64,000 nucleotides of DNA from Candidatus Latescibacterota bacterium (GTDB taxonomy: Bacteria; Latescibacterota; UBA2968; UBA8231). The notes under the pieces were generated by a model, which was given only the letters and a program-made list of their open reading frames with translations, ran no database searches and was not told where the DNA came from. The translations under genes and the position numbers were made by a program. Shown piece by piece: positions 46,255-55,218 of the stretch. The first letter of the stretch is position 1, and the number at the start of each line of letters is the position of its first letter. The stretch is taken from NCBI GenBank assembly GCA_964291625.2, contig OZ220089.1:4384001-4448000 (forward strand), written 5' to 3'.

Positions 46255-48573
46255 TCAAGGCGGTCCGGCCCCGGCTCCTCGGATCTCCGCCCCGGCCTGC
46301 CCCTGGCGCACCAGCACCTCGGCGCCGGCCGGCAGGGCCCCCCAGCTCTGGCGCTGGCCGCCGGGCCATACGACCTCCAGGTGGTCCACCTCTACGGCCG
46401 TGCCCAGACCGACCGTGACGGCAGCGGCGTTGGAAGAGCCGAACCCGAAGCCGCTGGCCACCTGCGCGTGGACCCGGGAGCCGCCGGCTTCGATCAGGAT
46501 CCGGGCCCCCAGGGCGTCACGGGACCCCGACAGGGCGCGTACGGAAATCGATCGCCCCGCGGGGCCGTCGTTGCGGTACAGGGCGTTGGCCCAGATATCG
46601 GCGTCGTAGTGCCCGCCGAGGCCGGCATAGAGGTCCTGGTCCCCATCCTCGTCGTAGTCGGCGAAGGTTGCGCCGTGCCCCTTGCCCAGGTTGGCCACCC
46701 CGGCGGCCCGGGAGATGTCGGCGAAGGTCCCGTCGCCCCGGTTCAGGAACATCACGTTGGGCTCCAGCCGGAACATCTCCGGACCCCCGTTGGCCAGGTA
46801 GAGGTCGGGAAACCCGTCGTTGTCGACATCGCCCACACCGGCTCCCATGGAGCCGAAGGAGCGCCCGAGGCCGGCGGGCCGGGCCACGTCCGTGAAGGTG
46901 CCGTCTCCCTCGTTGCGATAGAGGAAGGGCCGGTTGGGCTCGACCGCCTGGCCGTTGACGGCGCTGTGGAGGACGTCGTCGAAGGCGCTCATGGTCGAGA
47001 CGAAGAGGTCGAGGAGGCCGTCGTTGTCGAAGTCCAGGAAGAAGCAGATGTAGCCGCCCTCGACAGGAAAGACCACCCCGGCTTCGGCGGCGGCGTCGTC
47101 GAAGAGCATTCCGCCCTGGTTCCGGTAGAGGCGATTGGGGCCGCCGATGTTGGCGCAGTAGATGTCGGGGAGACCGTCGGCATCGTAGTCGCCGCTGGCG
47201 GTGCCGATGCTCTTGAGGGAGTCGTTCACCCCCGCTTCCGGGGCGATGTCGGCAAGCAGGATCACCCCCCCGGGCGCCGTCCGGTTGTGGTGCAGGCCGT
47301 TGGCGCCTCCGTCGGCGATGACGCCGTTGGCGACGTAGAGATCGAGCCTGCCGTCGATGTCGAAATCGCCCCAGGCTGCGGTGAAGCTGGCCTCCGCCCC
47401 GGACAGTCCCGCCTTCCCCGCGACATCGACAAACCCCGAGCCGCGGTCGTTGCGGTAGAGCGAGTTCGGCGCCGCTCCCTCCCAGGCGTCGCGGGTGACG
47501 AAGAGGTCCGGGTCGCCGTCGTCGTCCACGTCGGCGGTGGAGGCCCCCCAGCCGCCGCGGGGATCGTCCAGCCCCTGGGCTCCGGTGACGTCTTCGAACC
47601 GCCCTCCCTGGTTCTGGTAGAGCGAGTGCGGGACGTGGATGCCGACGCTGAAGAGGTCCCAGTCGCCATCGCCGTCGAAGTCGAGCCAGCTGCTGCCCCG
47701 ACCGCGGTCGATCTTGGCAACGCCGGCCGCCATGGCGACGTCGACGAAGCGGGGCACCGAAGGGGGCGGGGGAGCAGGCGAGTAAGGGGTGAACTGGTAG
47801 CGCGGCTCGGGCTGACCCGGTGATCCCGCGGCGTCTCTGGCCAGGCTCAGCAGCCACAAGGCCCGCCGCCGGTCGAGGGCGGCATCGCCGGAGAGGTCGA
47901 CGGCCCGGCGCAGGGCGTCGACGGCCCCGCCGGCATCCCCCGCCCACAGGGCGGCGGTGCCTGTCAGCATCCACAACCCTCCGTCGGAGTGCAACTCCGC
48001 CAGCTCGCGCCCCCGCCGGGCGGCAGCCTCGAACCGGCCGAGCCTCAGCTCGGCCTGCAGCAGCATGCCCTCGGCGACGCGATGCCCGGGCGCCTCTCCG
48101 AGGATCTCGGCGCTCCATCGAGCCGCGGCTTCCAGGTCCATGGTGGCCGCCGCCTGCAGGGCGAGGCTGGCGAGCAGCACTCGCGCCTCGACGGACTCCG
48201 GCGAGCGGGCGAGAATCCGCTCGGTCTCTGCCCGGGCCTGCAGCGCCTCTCCATCGAAGGCCCGCACCCACGCCCGCAGCACACCGTAGAGGGGTCTCTG
48301 CCGCGCTTCGGGCGGCAGGCTCTCCAGTTGCTCGAGGGCGGCCTGCCGCCGGCCGCTTCCGAGATGCGCCTCGGCCAGCCTGAGGCTCACTTCGACCGGG
48401 TCCGCACCCTCCCGGGAGGCCGCCTGCAGGCAGTCCGCCGCGGCGGCATACCGTCCTTCGCGAGCCAGTTGCAGGGCGTGGCCCAGCCGGGGATCGCCCG
48501 CGGGGCCGGGGGGCGGCGCGGCGGGAGAGCAGCCCGCCGCCGCGGCCAGCCAGATGGCGAGGACCGCCGTCAA
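46255..48573 (-). CDS. TPR + FG-GAP repeats + ASPIC/UnbV lipoprotein (CRTAC1-like)
   Basis: Lipobox AAGC; N-terminal TPRs; DxDxDGxxDL repeats; GKGHG; C-terminal GARI...GLG...VVWPGG. Confidence 0.88.
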   Translation of the reverse strand: MTAVLAIWLAAAAGCSPAAPPPGPAGDPRLGHALQLAREGRYAAAADCLQAASREGADPVEVSLRLAEAHLGSGRRQAALEQLESLPPEARQRPLYGVLRAWVRAFDGEALQARAETERILARSPESVEARVLLASLALQAAATMDLEAAARWSAEILGEAPGHRVAEGMLLQAELRLGRFEAAARRGRELAELHSDGGLWMLTGTAALWAGDAGGAVDALRRAVDLSGDAALDRRRALWLLSLARDAAGSPGQPEPRYQFTPYSPAPPPPSVPRFVDVAMAAGVAKIDRGRGSSWLDFDGDGDWDLFSVGIHVPHSLYQNQGGRFEDVTGAQGLDDPRGGWGASTADVDDDGDPDLFVTRDAWEGAAPNSLYRNDRGSGFVDVAGKAGLSGAEASFTAAWGDFDIDGRLDLYVANGVIADGGANGLHHNRTAPGGVILLADIAPEAGVNDSLKSIGTASGDYDADGLPDIYCANIGGPNRLYRNQGGMLFDDAAAEAGVVFPVEGGYICFFLDFDNDGLLDLFVSTMSAFDDVLHSAVNGQAVEPNRPFLYRNEGDGTFTDVARPAGLGRSFGSMGAGVGDVDNDGFPDLYLANGGPEMFRLEPNVMFLNRGDGTFADISRAAGVANLGKGHGATFADYDEDGDQDLYAGLGGHYDADIWANALYRNDGPAGRSISVRALSGSRDALGARILIEAGGSRVHAQVASGFGFGSSNAAAVTVGLGTAVEVDHLEVVWPGGQRQSWGALPAGAEVLVRQGQAGAEIRGAGAGPP

Positions 48574-50066
48574 GGGAGGCCGCCGGGGGCAGACGGGGCT
48601 GCGAGGGCGGCCAGTCTCTCCTCCGCCCGGGAGTGGCCGGGGTCCAGGGAGAGGACCCGGGAGAGGTGCCTGCGGGCGCCGGCGGCATCGCCCGACTCCG
48701 CCAGGAGTGTCCCGAGGGCATAGTGAGCCTCGATATGGTCCGGGTCCACGGCAAGGCTCTGCCGGAGACTGGCCGCGGCTTCCCGGGTCCTGCCCCTGCG
48801 GGCGTAGATCAGGCCCAGGTGGAAGTAGGCGGCCAGGGCGTCGGGATCGCGGTCCTGAAGGCGGCGGAAGACGCTGGCCGCCTCGTCGTCCCGCTCGAGT
48901 GCGAAGAGGGCCCGCCCCCGGCCCGAGATCGCCGCGGCGGAGGAGGGAAGCAGGCTCTCGGCGGTGGTGAAGGCGGCCAGGGCAGCCCCGGGTCTGCCGA
49001 GGCGGAGGTGCGCCTCGCCCTGCAGCTCGCGGGCCCTCGACTCCAGGGGCCGCAGGGCCGCGGCCTGTTGCAGGGGCCCCAGGCTGTCCCGCGGGCGGCC
49101 GTCCGCCAGACGGAGGACGCCCAGTTGCAGCCAGGCCTCGGCGAAGGTGGAATCGACCTCGAGGGCGCGAAGGAATTCCGCTTCGGCGGCGGGTCTCTGC
49201 GAGCGGCCGGCGTAGACCTGGGCCTGGTCGAAGTGACGCCGGGCGGCCGTCAGGCGCTGGAAGGCGCGCCTGGATCCGGCCGCCTCGTCGGGACTCCCCA
49301 TCTCGTCGGCGACGCTGGCCCGCAGGTAGTGGGCGCGCTCGCTGCGCGGGTCGAGGTCCAGGGCCGCGGCCAGGTCCCGCAGGGCGGCGTCGAAGTCTCC
49401 CGAGCGGCGCCGGACCTCGGCGCGGCCCAGCAGGCTCCCGAGGCTCCCGGATTCGAGGGCGATCGCCCGGCTGTAAGCATCCGCAGCCTCGTCGAGCCGG
49501 CCCGTGGCGGCCAGCAGTTCACCGCGATACCGATGTCCCTCGCCGAGGGTTGAATCCAGGGAGACGGCGCGCTCGAAAGCGGCCAGCGCCGAGTCGAGCC
49601 GGCCCATGGCCCGCAGGACCTCCCCGCGGCTCAGGTGGAGGTCGGCGCGCGCCGGCGCCAGCGGCAGGGCGCGGGAAAAGGCGGCGTCCGCCTGGGCGTA
49701 GCGGTTCAGGGCGCGCAGCGAGGTGCCCAGGGCCAGGTGCAGCCCGACGCCGTCGAAGCCGAGCCGGCCGGCGCGCTCCAAGGCGGTGACCGCCTCGGCG
49801 TGCTGGCCGAGCCGGGCCAGCACCAGGCCGAGGTTGAAGTGGGCGTCGGGAAGCTCGGGCGCGAGATCGACGGCCCTCCGGAGAGCGGTCAGGGCCCGCC
49901 GGGGGCTGTCTTGCTGGAGGTAGATGGCGCCACGATTGCTGAGGGCCAGGGCCTCCCCGGAGGGCGCGGAACCGCCCGCGGCGGGGGCCGAACCGGGGTC
50001 GGGGGGTTCGGTGGCGCAGCTCCACAGGGCCATGGCCGCAGCCATGGCGCGCCAGCTGGCGCGCAT
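48570..50066 (-). CDS. TPR-repeat lipoprotein
   Basis: Lipobox LWSC; about a dozen TPRs (AHFNLGLVL, AYFHLGLIY, AHYALGTLL). Confidence 0.85.
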   Translation of the reverse strand: MRASWRAMAAAMALWSCATEPPDPGSAPAAGGSAPSGEALALSNRGAIYLQQDSPRRALTALRRAVDLAPELPDAHFNLGLVLARLGQHAEAVTALERAGRLGFDGVGLHLALGTSLRALNRYAQADAAFSRALPLAPARADLHLSRGEVLRAMGRLDSALAAFERAVSLDSTLGEGHRYRGELLAATGRLDEAADAYSRAIALESGSLGSLLGRAEVRRRSGDFDAALRDLAAALDLDPRSERAHYLRASVADEMGSPDEAAGSRRAFQRLTAARRHFDQAQVYAGRSQRPAAEAEFLRALEVDSTFAEAWLQLGVLRLADGRPRDSLGPLQQAAALRPLESRARELQGEAHLRLGRPGAALAAFTTAESLLPSSAAAISGRGRALFALERDDEAASVFRRLQDRDPDALAAYFHLGLIYARRGRTREAAASLRQSLAVDPDHIEAHYALGTLLAESGDAAGARRHLSRVLSLDPGHSRAEERLAALAAPSAPGGLP

Positions 50067-50068
50067 CC

Positions 50069-51712
50069 CTACATCACCTGGTCGGGCAGCGCCTCATCGA
50101 GGCGCTCCTCGTAGACCTGCACCCGGTCGCGGTAGCCCTCCCGCAGGCTCTGGAGGAAAGCCGTGAAGAGCTCCTGCTGGCGACTCCTCACGAGCAGGGC
50201 GCCTGCTCTCCGGGCGGCGCGCTCGAAGGGCTCCAGACCGCCCTCGTCGAAGTGGGCCACGCGGAAGACCGACCAGCCGCCCTCCACCTCCACCGGCCCG
50301 GTGAGGACCCGGGCCTCCGCTTTCATCAGGGCCGGAAGCAGGCGCGGATAGAGAGCGCTCTCGTGGGGGTGGTAGTGGTGGCGGGCGCTGCGTTGCGCGG
50401 CCTCCGGCCGCAGGCTGCGGGAGGCCAGCTCGGCGAAGTCGGCCCCTTCCTCGATCAGACGCAGCGCCTGGTGAGCTTCCGCCCGGGAGGCGAGGAGAAG
50501 CTCCTCCGCCCAGACGGAACGCTCGTGGACGAACAGCTCGGGGTGGTCGTCGTAGTACTGGCGCACCTCGATCTCGGAGACCTCGCGGGCCCCCGCGGTC
50601 TCCTGCCGGCGCATCGCCTCGAGCAGGGCGTCCTCCAACAGTCGCCGGTGCCGGCGCTCCAGCTCCTCGGCCTCGACGAGCCCCTGCTCGCGGGCGGCGC
50701 GTTCGAACAGCAGGGGGCGCAGCACGATCTGCTCGAGAATCACCTTCGCCCTCGCCGGCGGGGAGAGGACCTTCACCCGGCCGAGAAGGACCTTCTGGGC
50801 TTCGCCCACGGTGATGGTCAGATCCTGCCCCTGGTAGAGGCCGAGGGAGCTGGTGTCGAGTCCGGCCGTCTGCCGCAGGCGGTAGGCCTCCAGGAGGTGG
50901 GAGAGGCCCTCGTCGAGGAGCGTGATCCCGTAGCGGGCTCGAAGCGTCTCGATCTCCTCGGCCTCGGCCCGCTGCAGCCCGACGGCGAAGAGCTCGTCCT
51001 GCAGGCGCTGCCGGTAGTCGGCCAGGTCGGTGGCGCGCTCCTCCGTGAAGCGCACCAGGTGCCAGCTGGTGCCGGCGGCAAGGGGCTCCGAGACCACTCC
51101 GGCGGGCAGCTGCACAAAGACGTCCCGGGGGACGTGGACCCGGTGGGCGATCTCGGCGTCGATGAAACCCAGCTCGCCTCCGCTGGCGGCGGATCTCGTG
51201 TCGAGAGAGTGCTTGCGGGCGAGGTCCTCGAAGGAGGCGCCCTGCCGCAGTTGGGCGGAGATGGCGTCGATCTCCTCCCGCGTGCGCACGAGGATGGCGT
51301 GCAGCCGGCGCTGGCGCTGCAGCCCGAGGTCGGCGAAGCGCTGGCGCAGGTCGCTCTCGTGGACCTGCACCCGCGGCGCCACGACGGCTCGCTGGTACAT
51401 GGTCACCAGCCTGGCCCGGATGGCCCTGCCGGCGAGGCCCCCGATGGCCGGGTCCTCCGCGAGGCCTCGGGAGCGGGCCTCGATCAGCAGCAGCCGGCGG
51501 TCGATCAGAGACTGGAGGTATTGACGGCGAGCGTCCGCACCGGGGTCCGGGCTCTTCAGCCCAGCCGGGAGGCTCTCGACGAATTCACGGAGCTCGGCAG
51601 CGGTGATCGGATCACTATCGACCTTCGCCACCACCTCACCCTCTCCGCAGCCGAAGAGAATGGAGGAGACGGGGATGGTCAGGACTGCGAGGGGCCGGGC
51701 GAGGAAAACCAT
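50069..51712 (-). CDS. Parvulin/rotamase peptidyl-prolyl isomerase lipoprotein (SurA/PrsA-like, two PPIase domains)
   Basis: Lipobox LFGC; VVAKVD..ITxxEL, HAILV, FEDLARKHSLD...GGELGF; second GADFAELA unit. Confidence 0.88.
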   Translation of the reverse strand: MVFLARPLAVLTIPVSSILFGCGEGEVVAKVDSDPITAAELREFVESLPAGLKSPDPGADARRQYLQSLIDRRLLLIEARSRGLAEDPAIGGLAGRAIRARLVTMYQRAVVAPRVQVHESDLRQRFADLGLQRQRRLHAILVRTREEIDAISAQLRQGASFEDLARKHSLDTRSAASGGELGFIDAEIAHRVHVPRDVFVQLPAGVVSEPLAAGTSWHLVRFTEERATDLADYRQRLQDELFAVGLQRAEAEEIETLRARYGITLLDEGLSHLLEAYRLRQTAGLDTSSLGLYQGQDLTITVGEAQKVLLGRVKVLSPPARAKVILEQIVLRPLLFERAAREQGLVEAEELERRHRRLLEDALLEAMRRQETAGAREVSEIEVRQYYDDHPELFVHERSVWAEELLLASRAEAHQALRLIEEGADFAELASRSLRPEAAQRSARHHYHPHESALYPRLLPALMKAEARVLTGPVEVEGGWSVFRVAHFDEGGLEPFERAARRAGALLVRSRQQELFTAFLQSLREGYRDRVQVYEERLDEALPDQVM

Positions 51713-51877
51713 TGCGGAGTCTTCTCAGGGCATGTCGAGATGGGGAGGGGCGGAAAGGTGGGGTCCGGATCGGGTGGATCGAGGCAGGAGATCCCACCCG
51801 AGCAGGAATCCACCCATGTCTGCGGGGGCGACCGCGGGGAGCACCCGAAGGCGGAGAAGCCAGGCCCCCCGTGGGAG

Positions 51878-52288
51878 TCAGTCGTCCCCTTTGAGATCGT
51901 CCGTGGCCAGGGGGATCTTCTCGATCCCGACGCGCTTGGCCACCTCGAACAGGTCCAGCAGGTGCCGGTGCCGGGTCTTCTTGTCGGTGCGCACCACCAG
52001 GGTCAGGCTGTGGGTGCCCGACTTCTCGCGCAGGAGCACCTGCTCGAGGTTCTCCAGGGTCACGGGGTGGCGATTGATCTCCATCCGGCCGTCGGCGGTG
52101 ATGGAGGCCACCAGTTTCTTCTCCTCCACCACCTTGGCCTGCGTCGCCTCGGGCAGCTCCACCTGCAGACTGTAGGGCTGCTTGAACACGGTGGTGACCA
52201 TGAAGAACACCAGGAGGAGGAAGACGCAGTCGATGAGCGGCGTCATGTCCATGCCATCCTCCTCGTATACGGACCGGCGTCTGGGCAC
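51878..52288 (-). CDS. exbD: ExbD/TolR family protein
   Basis: DMTPLIDCVFLLLVFFMVTT, VELPEA and VVRTDK motifs; GTG start inferred at 52288. Confidence 0.92.
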   Translation of the reverse strand: MPRRRSVYEEDGMDMTPLIDCVFLLLVFFMVTTVFKQPYSLQVELPEATQAKVVEEKKLVASITADGRMEINRHPVTLENLEQVLLREKSGTHSLTLVVRTDKKTRHRHLLDLFEVAKRVGIEKIPLATDDLKGDD

Positions 52289-52290
52289 CT

Positions 52291-52704
52291 CTACTCCTCC
52301 TCCTGCTCCCTGGCGAAGGCGATTCCCACCACTCCCACGCTCTTGCCCGTGTCGACGACGAAGACCACGTGCTCCTGGGGGCACTCGCCGTCGGCCTGGA
52401 TGATGATGTTCTCGTTGTTGGCCTCTTCCATGGCCGTCGCCAGACGGTCACCCAGCTCGTGGGCAGCCACTTCCTCTCCCTTGATCTGGATCCGGCCCTC
52501 GCGGTCGAGGACCACGTTGATGTCCTTCTTCTGCTCCTCCGTGGCCTCGCTCTTGGCGGGCATGTCCACCTCGAGCCCCTTGGTGTGCAGGAAGACCGTG
52601 GTCACCATGAAGAAGATGAGCAGCAGGAAGACGCAGTCGATGAGAGGGGCGAGGTCCGGCCCCCCCTCTTCGCCGAAACCCTTCAGTCTGCGATGTCTGC
52701 CCAC
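52291..52704 (-). CDS. exbD: ExbD/TolR family protein
   Basis: DLAPLIDCVFLLLIFFMVTT, VDMP and IIQADG motifs. Confidence 0.92.
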   Translation of the reverse strand: MGRHRRLKGFGEEGGPDLAPLIDCVFLLLIFFMVTTVFLHTKGLEVDMPAKSEATEEQKKDINVVLDREGRIQIKGEEVAAHELGDRLATAMEEANNENIIIQADGECPQEHVVFVVDTGKSVGVVGIAFAREQEEE

Positions 52705-52722
52705 GGTCCGCGCGCCGGGAGC

Positions 52723-53466
52723 CTACCGCCCGGCGGCCTCCTGTCGCTGCCCGGTGGTGATCAGGGCGTTGGAGAAGGCGTGGCCGTACATCTCCACGTG
52801 CTCGAGCATCTTGTCCGCCCTGCGGGCCAGGTAGCGGTAGGAGACGATCGTCGGGATGGCGATGATCAGGCCCGACGCCGTCGTCACCAGCGCCTGGGAG
52901 ATGCCTCCCGCCACCACCCTGGGATCACCGGCGCCGGCCACGGCGATCGACTCGAAGGCGATGATCATGCCGAGGATCGTGCCGAGGAGTCCGATGAGGG
53001 GGCTGATGTTGCCGATCGTGTTCAGGATCGGCAGGTGCTTGCCGAGATAGGCCCGGGCGGACTCCTCGGTCTCGATGACCAGCTCGTCCTTGAGATCGGT
53101 CAGCTCCCGCTGCATCACCATGAAGCGGCTGACCTCGCCGCCGCCGCCGGCCTGGGCCAGGCGCATGATCTCCTCGTTCGTCTCCTTGAACTCCTGCTGC
53201 TCGATCCTCAGGGTGTCGTAGCGCCGCAGGAGGGAGGCGAACACGAAGTTCAGCAACCCTCTGCCTTCGTTGCACTCCGCCACGACCTGGGCCGTGCCGC
53301 CGTCCCGCAGGGCGTGCTCGAGGCGTTCCAGGCTCTCCTGAGCCTCCCCGTGCGAGGGCAGCTGGCTGAAGACCCAGAACCGCTCGATGGAATAGCCGAT
53401 GGCCAGGATGGCACAAGCGGCCAGGGGAACCATCAGGGGTCCACCGCTCTGAATGACCTCCCACAT
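52723..53466 (-). CDS. exbB: MotA/TolQ/ExbB proton channel protein
   Basis: GGPLMVPL...ERFW, ISPLIGLLGTILGMIIAF and GISQALVTTASGLIIAIP motifs. Confidence 0.93.
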   Translation of the reverse strand: MWEVIQSGGPLMVPLAACAILAIGYSIERFWVFSQLPSHGEAQESLERLEHALRDGGTAQVVAECNEGRGLLNFVFASLLRRYDTLRIEQQEFKETNEEIMRLAQAGGGGEVSRFMVMQRELTDLKDELVIETEESARAYLGKHLPILNTIGNISPLIGLLGTILGMIIAFESIAVAGAGDPRVVAGGISQALVTTASGLIIAIPTIVSYRYLARRADKMLEHVEMYGHAFSNALITTGQRQEAAGR

Positions 53467-53514
53467 CTGTCCGTCTCCTTGTGATCTCTGGAAGTTGATG
53501 CTCCGAGGCAGTCC

Positions 53515-54441
53515 TCACTCCACGACGCCGGCCCTCAAGAGGCGCGGCCCGATCCTGGAGCCCGCCTCGACCTGGCCGGCGGCGTCGACGATCGCCGCCT
53601 TGCTCAGGTGGGGGCCGATCACCTCGCTCACCCTCACCAGGGCCACTTGCAGGCTGTCCTGGTAGAGGGGCAGCAGGTCTCCGTACTCGACGTTGTCCTC
53701 GAGTCCGATACCGAGGAATACCTCTGTCCCGTCCACCGCCAGGACCACGGCGTTGTCACTCGTCAAGTCGATGGGCGGGCGTTCCGTCAGCAGGGCGCCG
53801 ATCTGCCTGCGCAACTCCTCGAAGGCGGCGTCGGCCACGATGCCCAGGGGCAGCTCGTAGAACCGCTCGGAACCGAACTCGAGCTGGAAGAGCTCGCGGA
53901 ACTCGCGATCCTGCCGGCGCGGACGTCCGAAGAGATCCAGGCCGAGGGGCGTCTCCGTGGAGTCCCGGCTCACCGCGACCGTTCCCAGGAGCTGTTCGGT
54001 GGCCACGCGAATCACCTCCACCTCGCCGATGCGCACTCTCGAGTGGTACGACTTGTAGCCCGCCAGGTTCGGGTCCCCCGCGGTGACCCGGCGCATCCCG
54101 AAGGTCTCCACGACCCCGTGGATGACGATGTCGGCCCCCAGCAGGCGGCCGGCGGCCACCGCCAGGTCCCGGCCCTCCAGCTCGGAGAGGCGGGAGTCGG
54201 CCTGGGCTTCGACCACCCGCTCTGCGGACACGACGTCAAAGGCGTCTTCTCCGTCCAGGTACCGGCCCAGGAACTCGGGAACGTCCCGGGCCAGCGTCCA
54301 GCGGCCCTGAAACCCTGCCCGATCCTCGAAGTCGAGCAAGGCGATGTTCAAGGGCGGCGGCCGGGCGATCTCTTCGTCCGCGGCCGGGCCGAGGGCCGAG
54401 CCGAGGAGGATCGCCGGAATCCATCTAAGGAGCCTGGCCAC
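53515..54441 (-). CDS. CsgG/TolB_N-like domain + FlgT C-terminal-like domain protein
   Basis: IALLDFED...FDVVS...GRLLGADIVIHG; C-terminal VLAVDGTEVFLGIG...GD...VRVSEV...SKAAI. GTG start inferred. Confidence 0.65.
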   Translation of the reverse strand: MARLLRWIPAILLGSALGPAADEEIARPPPLNIALLDFEDRAGFQGRWTLARDVPEFLGRYLDGEDAFDVVSAERVVEAQADSRLSELEGRDLAVAAGRLLGADIVIHGVVETFGMRRVTAGDPNLAGYKSYHSRVRIGEVEVIRVATEQLLGTVAVSRDSTETPLGLDLFGRPRRQDREFRELFQLEFGSERFYELPLGIVADAAFEELRRQIGALLTERPPIDLTSDNAVVLAVDGTEVFLGIGLEDNVEYGDLLPLYQDSLQVALVRVSEVIGPHLSKAAIVDAAGQVEAGSRIGPRLLRAGVVE

Positions 54442-55204
54442 CGCCCGGCGGTACCTGCCTCGCCGCGGTCTGCGGCGCCACTCTTCTGTCGATCTCCTGG
54501 TCGAACTCCATGGAGATGTCCACCGTCTCAATGGGCTGGCCCGAGGCGTCGAACTTGGTCACGAAGTCCCTCAGCGTCAGCCGGACCTGCCGGACCTCTT
54601 CGTCCAGGGGGTCGAAGGCGAGCAGGCCGGAGTAGCTCTCGCCCTTGAAAACCCTCACGTCCTCGAGATAAGCCGTGCTGCGCACGTTCCCCATGCGCAG
54701 GTCGAAGCGGTAGAACTCGTTGCCGCTCTGCCCGCGAATGGCGCGGTAATAGCGCTCGAAGCTGTTGTGGGGAGAGACCGACGGCAGGCCGTAGGAATGC
54801 AGCACCTCTCCCTGATCGGTGTAGAGCATCGCCTTGATCGGGTCGAGCAGCACCTTGGCGTAGATGTCGTTGATGATCGTGACCCGGAAGACGGTGAAGC
54901 GCTTGGGCGTGTGCCCCACGAGCGGATCGATCCAGTCTCCGTAGGTGTAGGGGTTCGTGGAAAACTGACCGCGCGTCGATTCCTCGGGGAAGATGGCGTT
55001 GAGCTCGTCGTCCTCCATCGGTTCGACCCGGACGCGGAGCCCCTCCAGAACGTAGGTGACCGACCCGCCCTCGTCGACGGTGTAGCGGTCCTCGCTAACC
55101 TGGTAGGAACTGGGCACCAGCTCGTTCGAGTAGAGGATCATCTCGGGCTGGAAGTGGCTGCAGCCGCCGAGAATCAGCAGCGGCAGAAGGAATGTCGAAC
55201 GCAT
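54425..55204 (-). CDS. Lipoprotein of unknown function (paralog of 30099-30890)
   Basis: Lipobox LGGC from ATG 55204; STNPYTYGD, FTVF, KVLLDP and YYRA..GNE motifs. Confidence 0.75.
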   Translation of the reverse strand: MRSTFLLPLLILGGCSHFQPEMILYSNELVPSSYQVSEDRYTVDEGGSVTYVLEGLRVRVEPMEDDELNAIFPEESTRGQFSTNPYTYGDWIDPLVGHTPKRFTVFRVTIINDIYAKVLLDPIKAMLYTDQGEVLHSYGLPSVSPHNSFERYYRAIRGQSGNEFYRFDLRMGNVRSTAYLEDVRVFKGESYSGLLAFDPLDEEVRQVRLTLRDFVTKFDASGQPIETVDISMEFDQEIDRRVAPQTAARQVPPGGGQAP

Positions 55205-55218
55205 GGCCACCCTCTCTC

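Noticed and set aside
46229-46258. TTGACA upstream of paralog C as an internal promoter
   Set aside because: The -35 match overlaps the upstream stop codon and the -10 match is poor; not enough support to list.
33694-54441. Flagellar locus suggested by FlgD-like, FlgT-like and MotA-family domains
   Set aside because: No flagellar structural or export genes; the motor partners are ExbD-type rather than MotB, and FlgD-Ig occurs only as a C-terminal tail.
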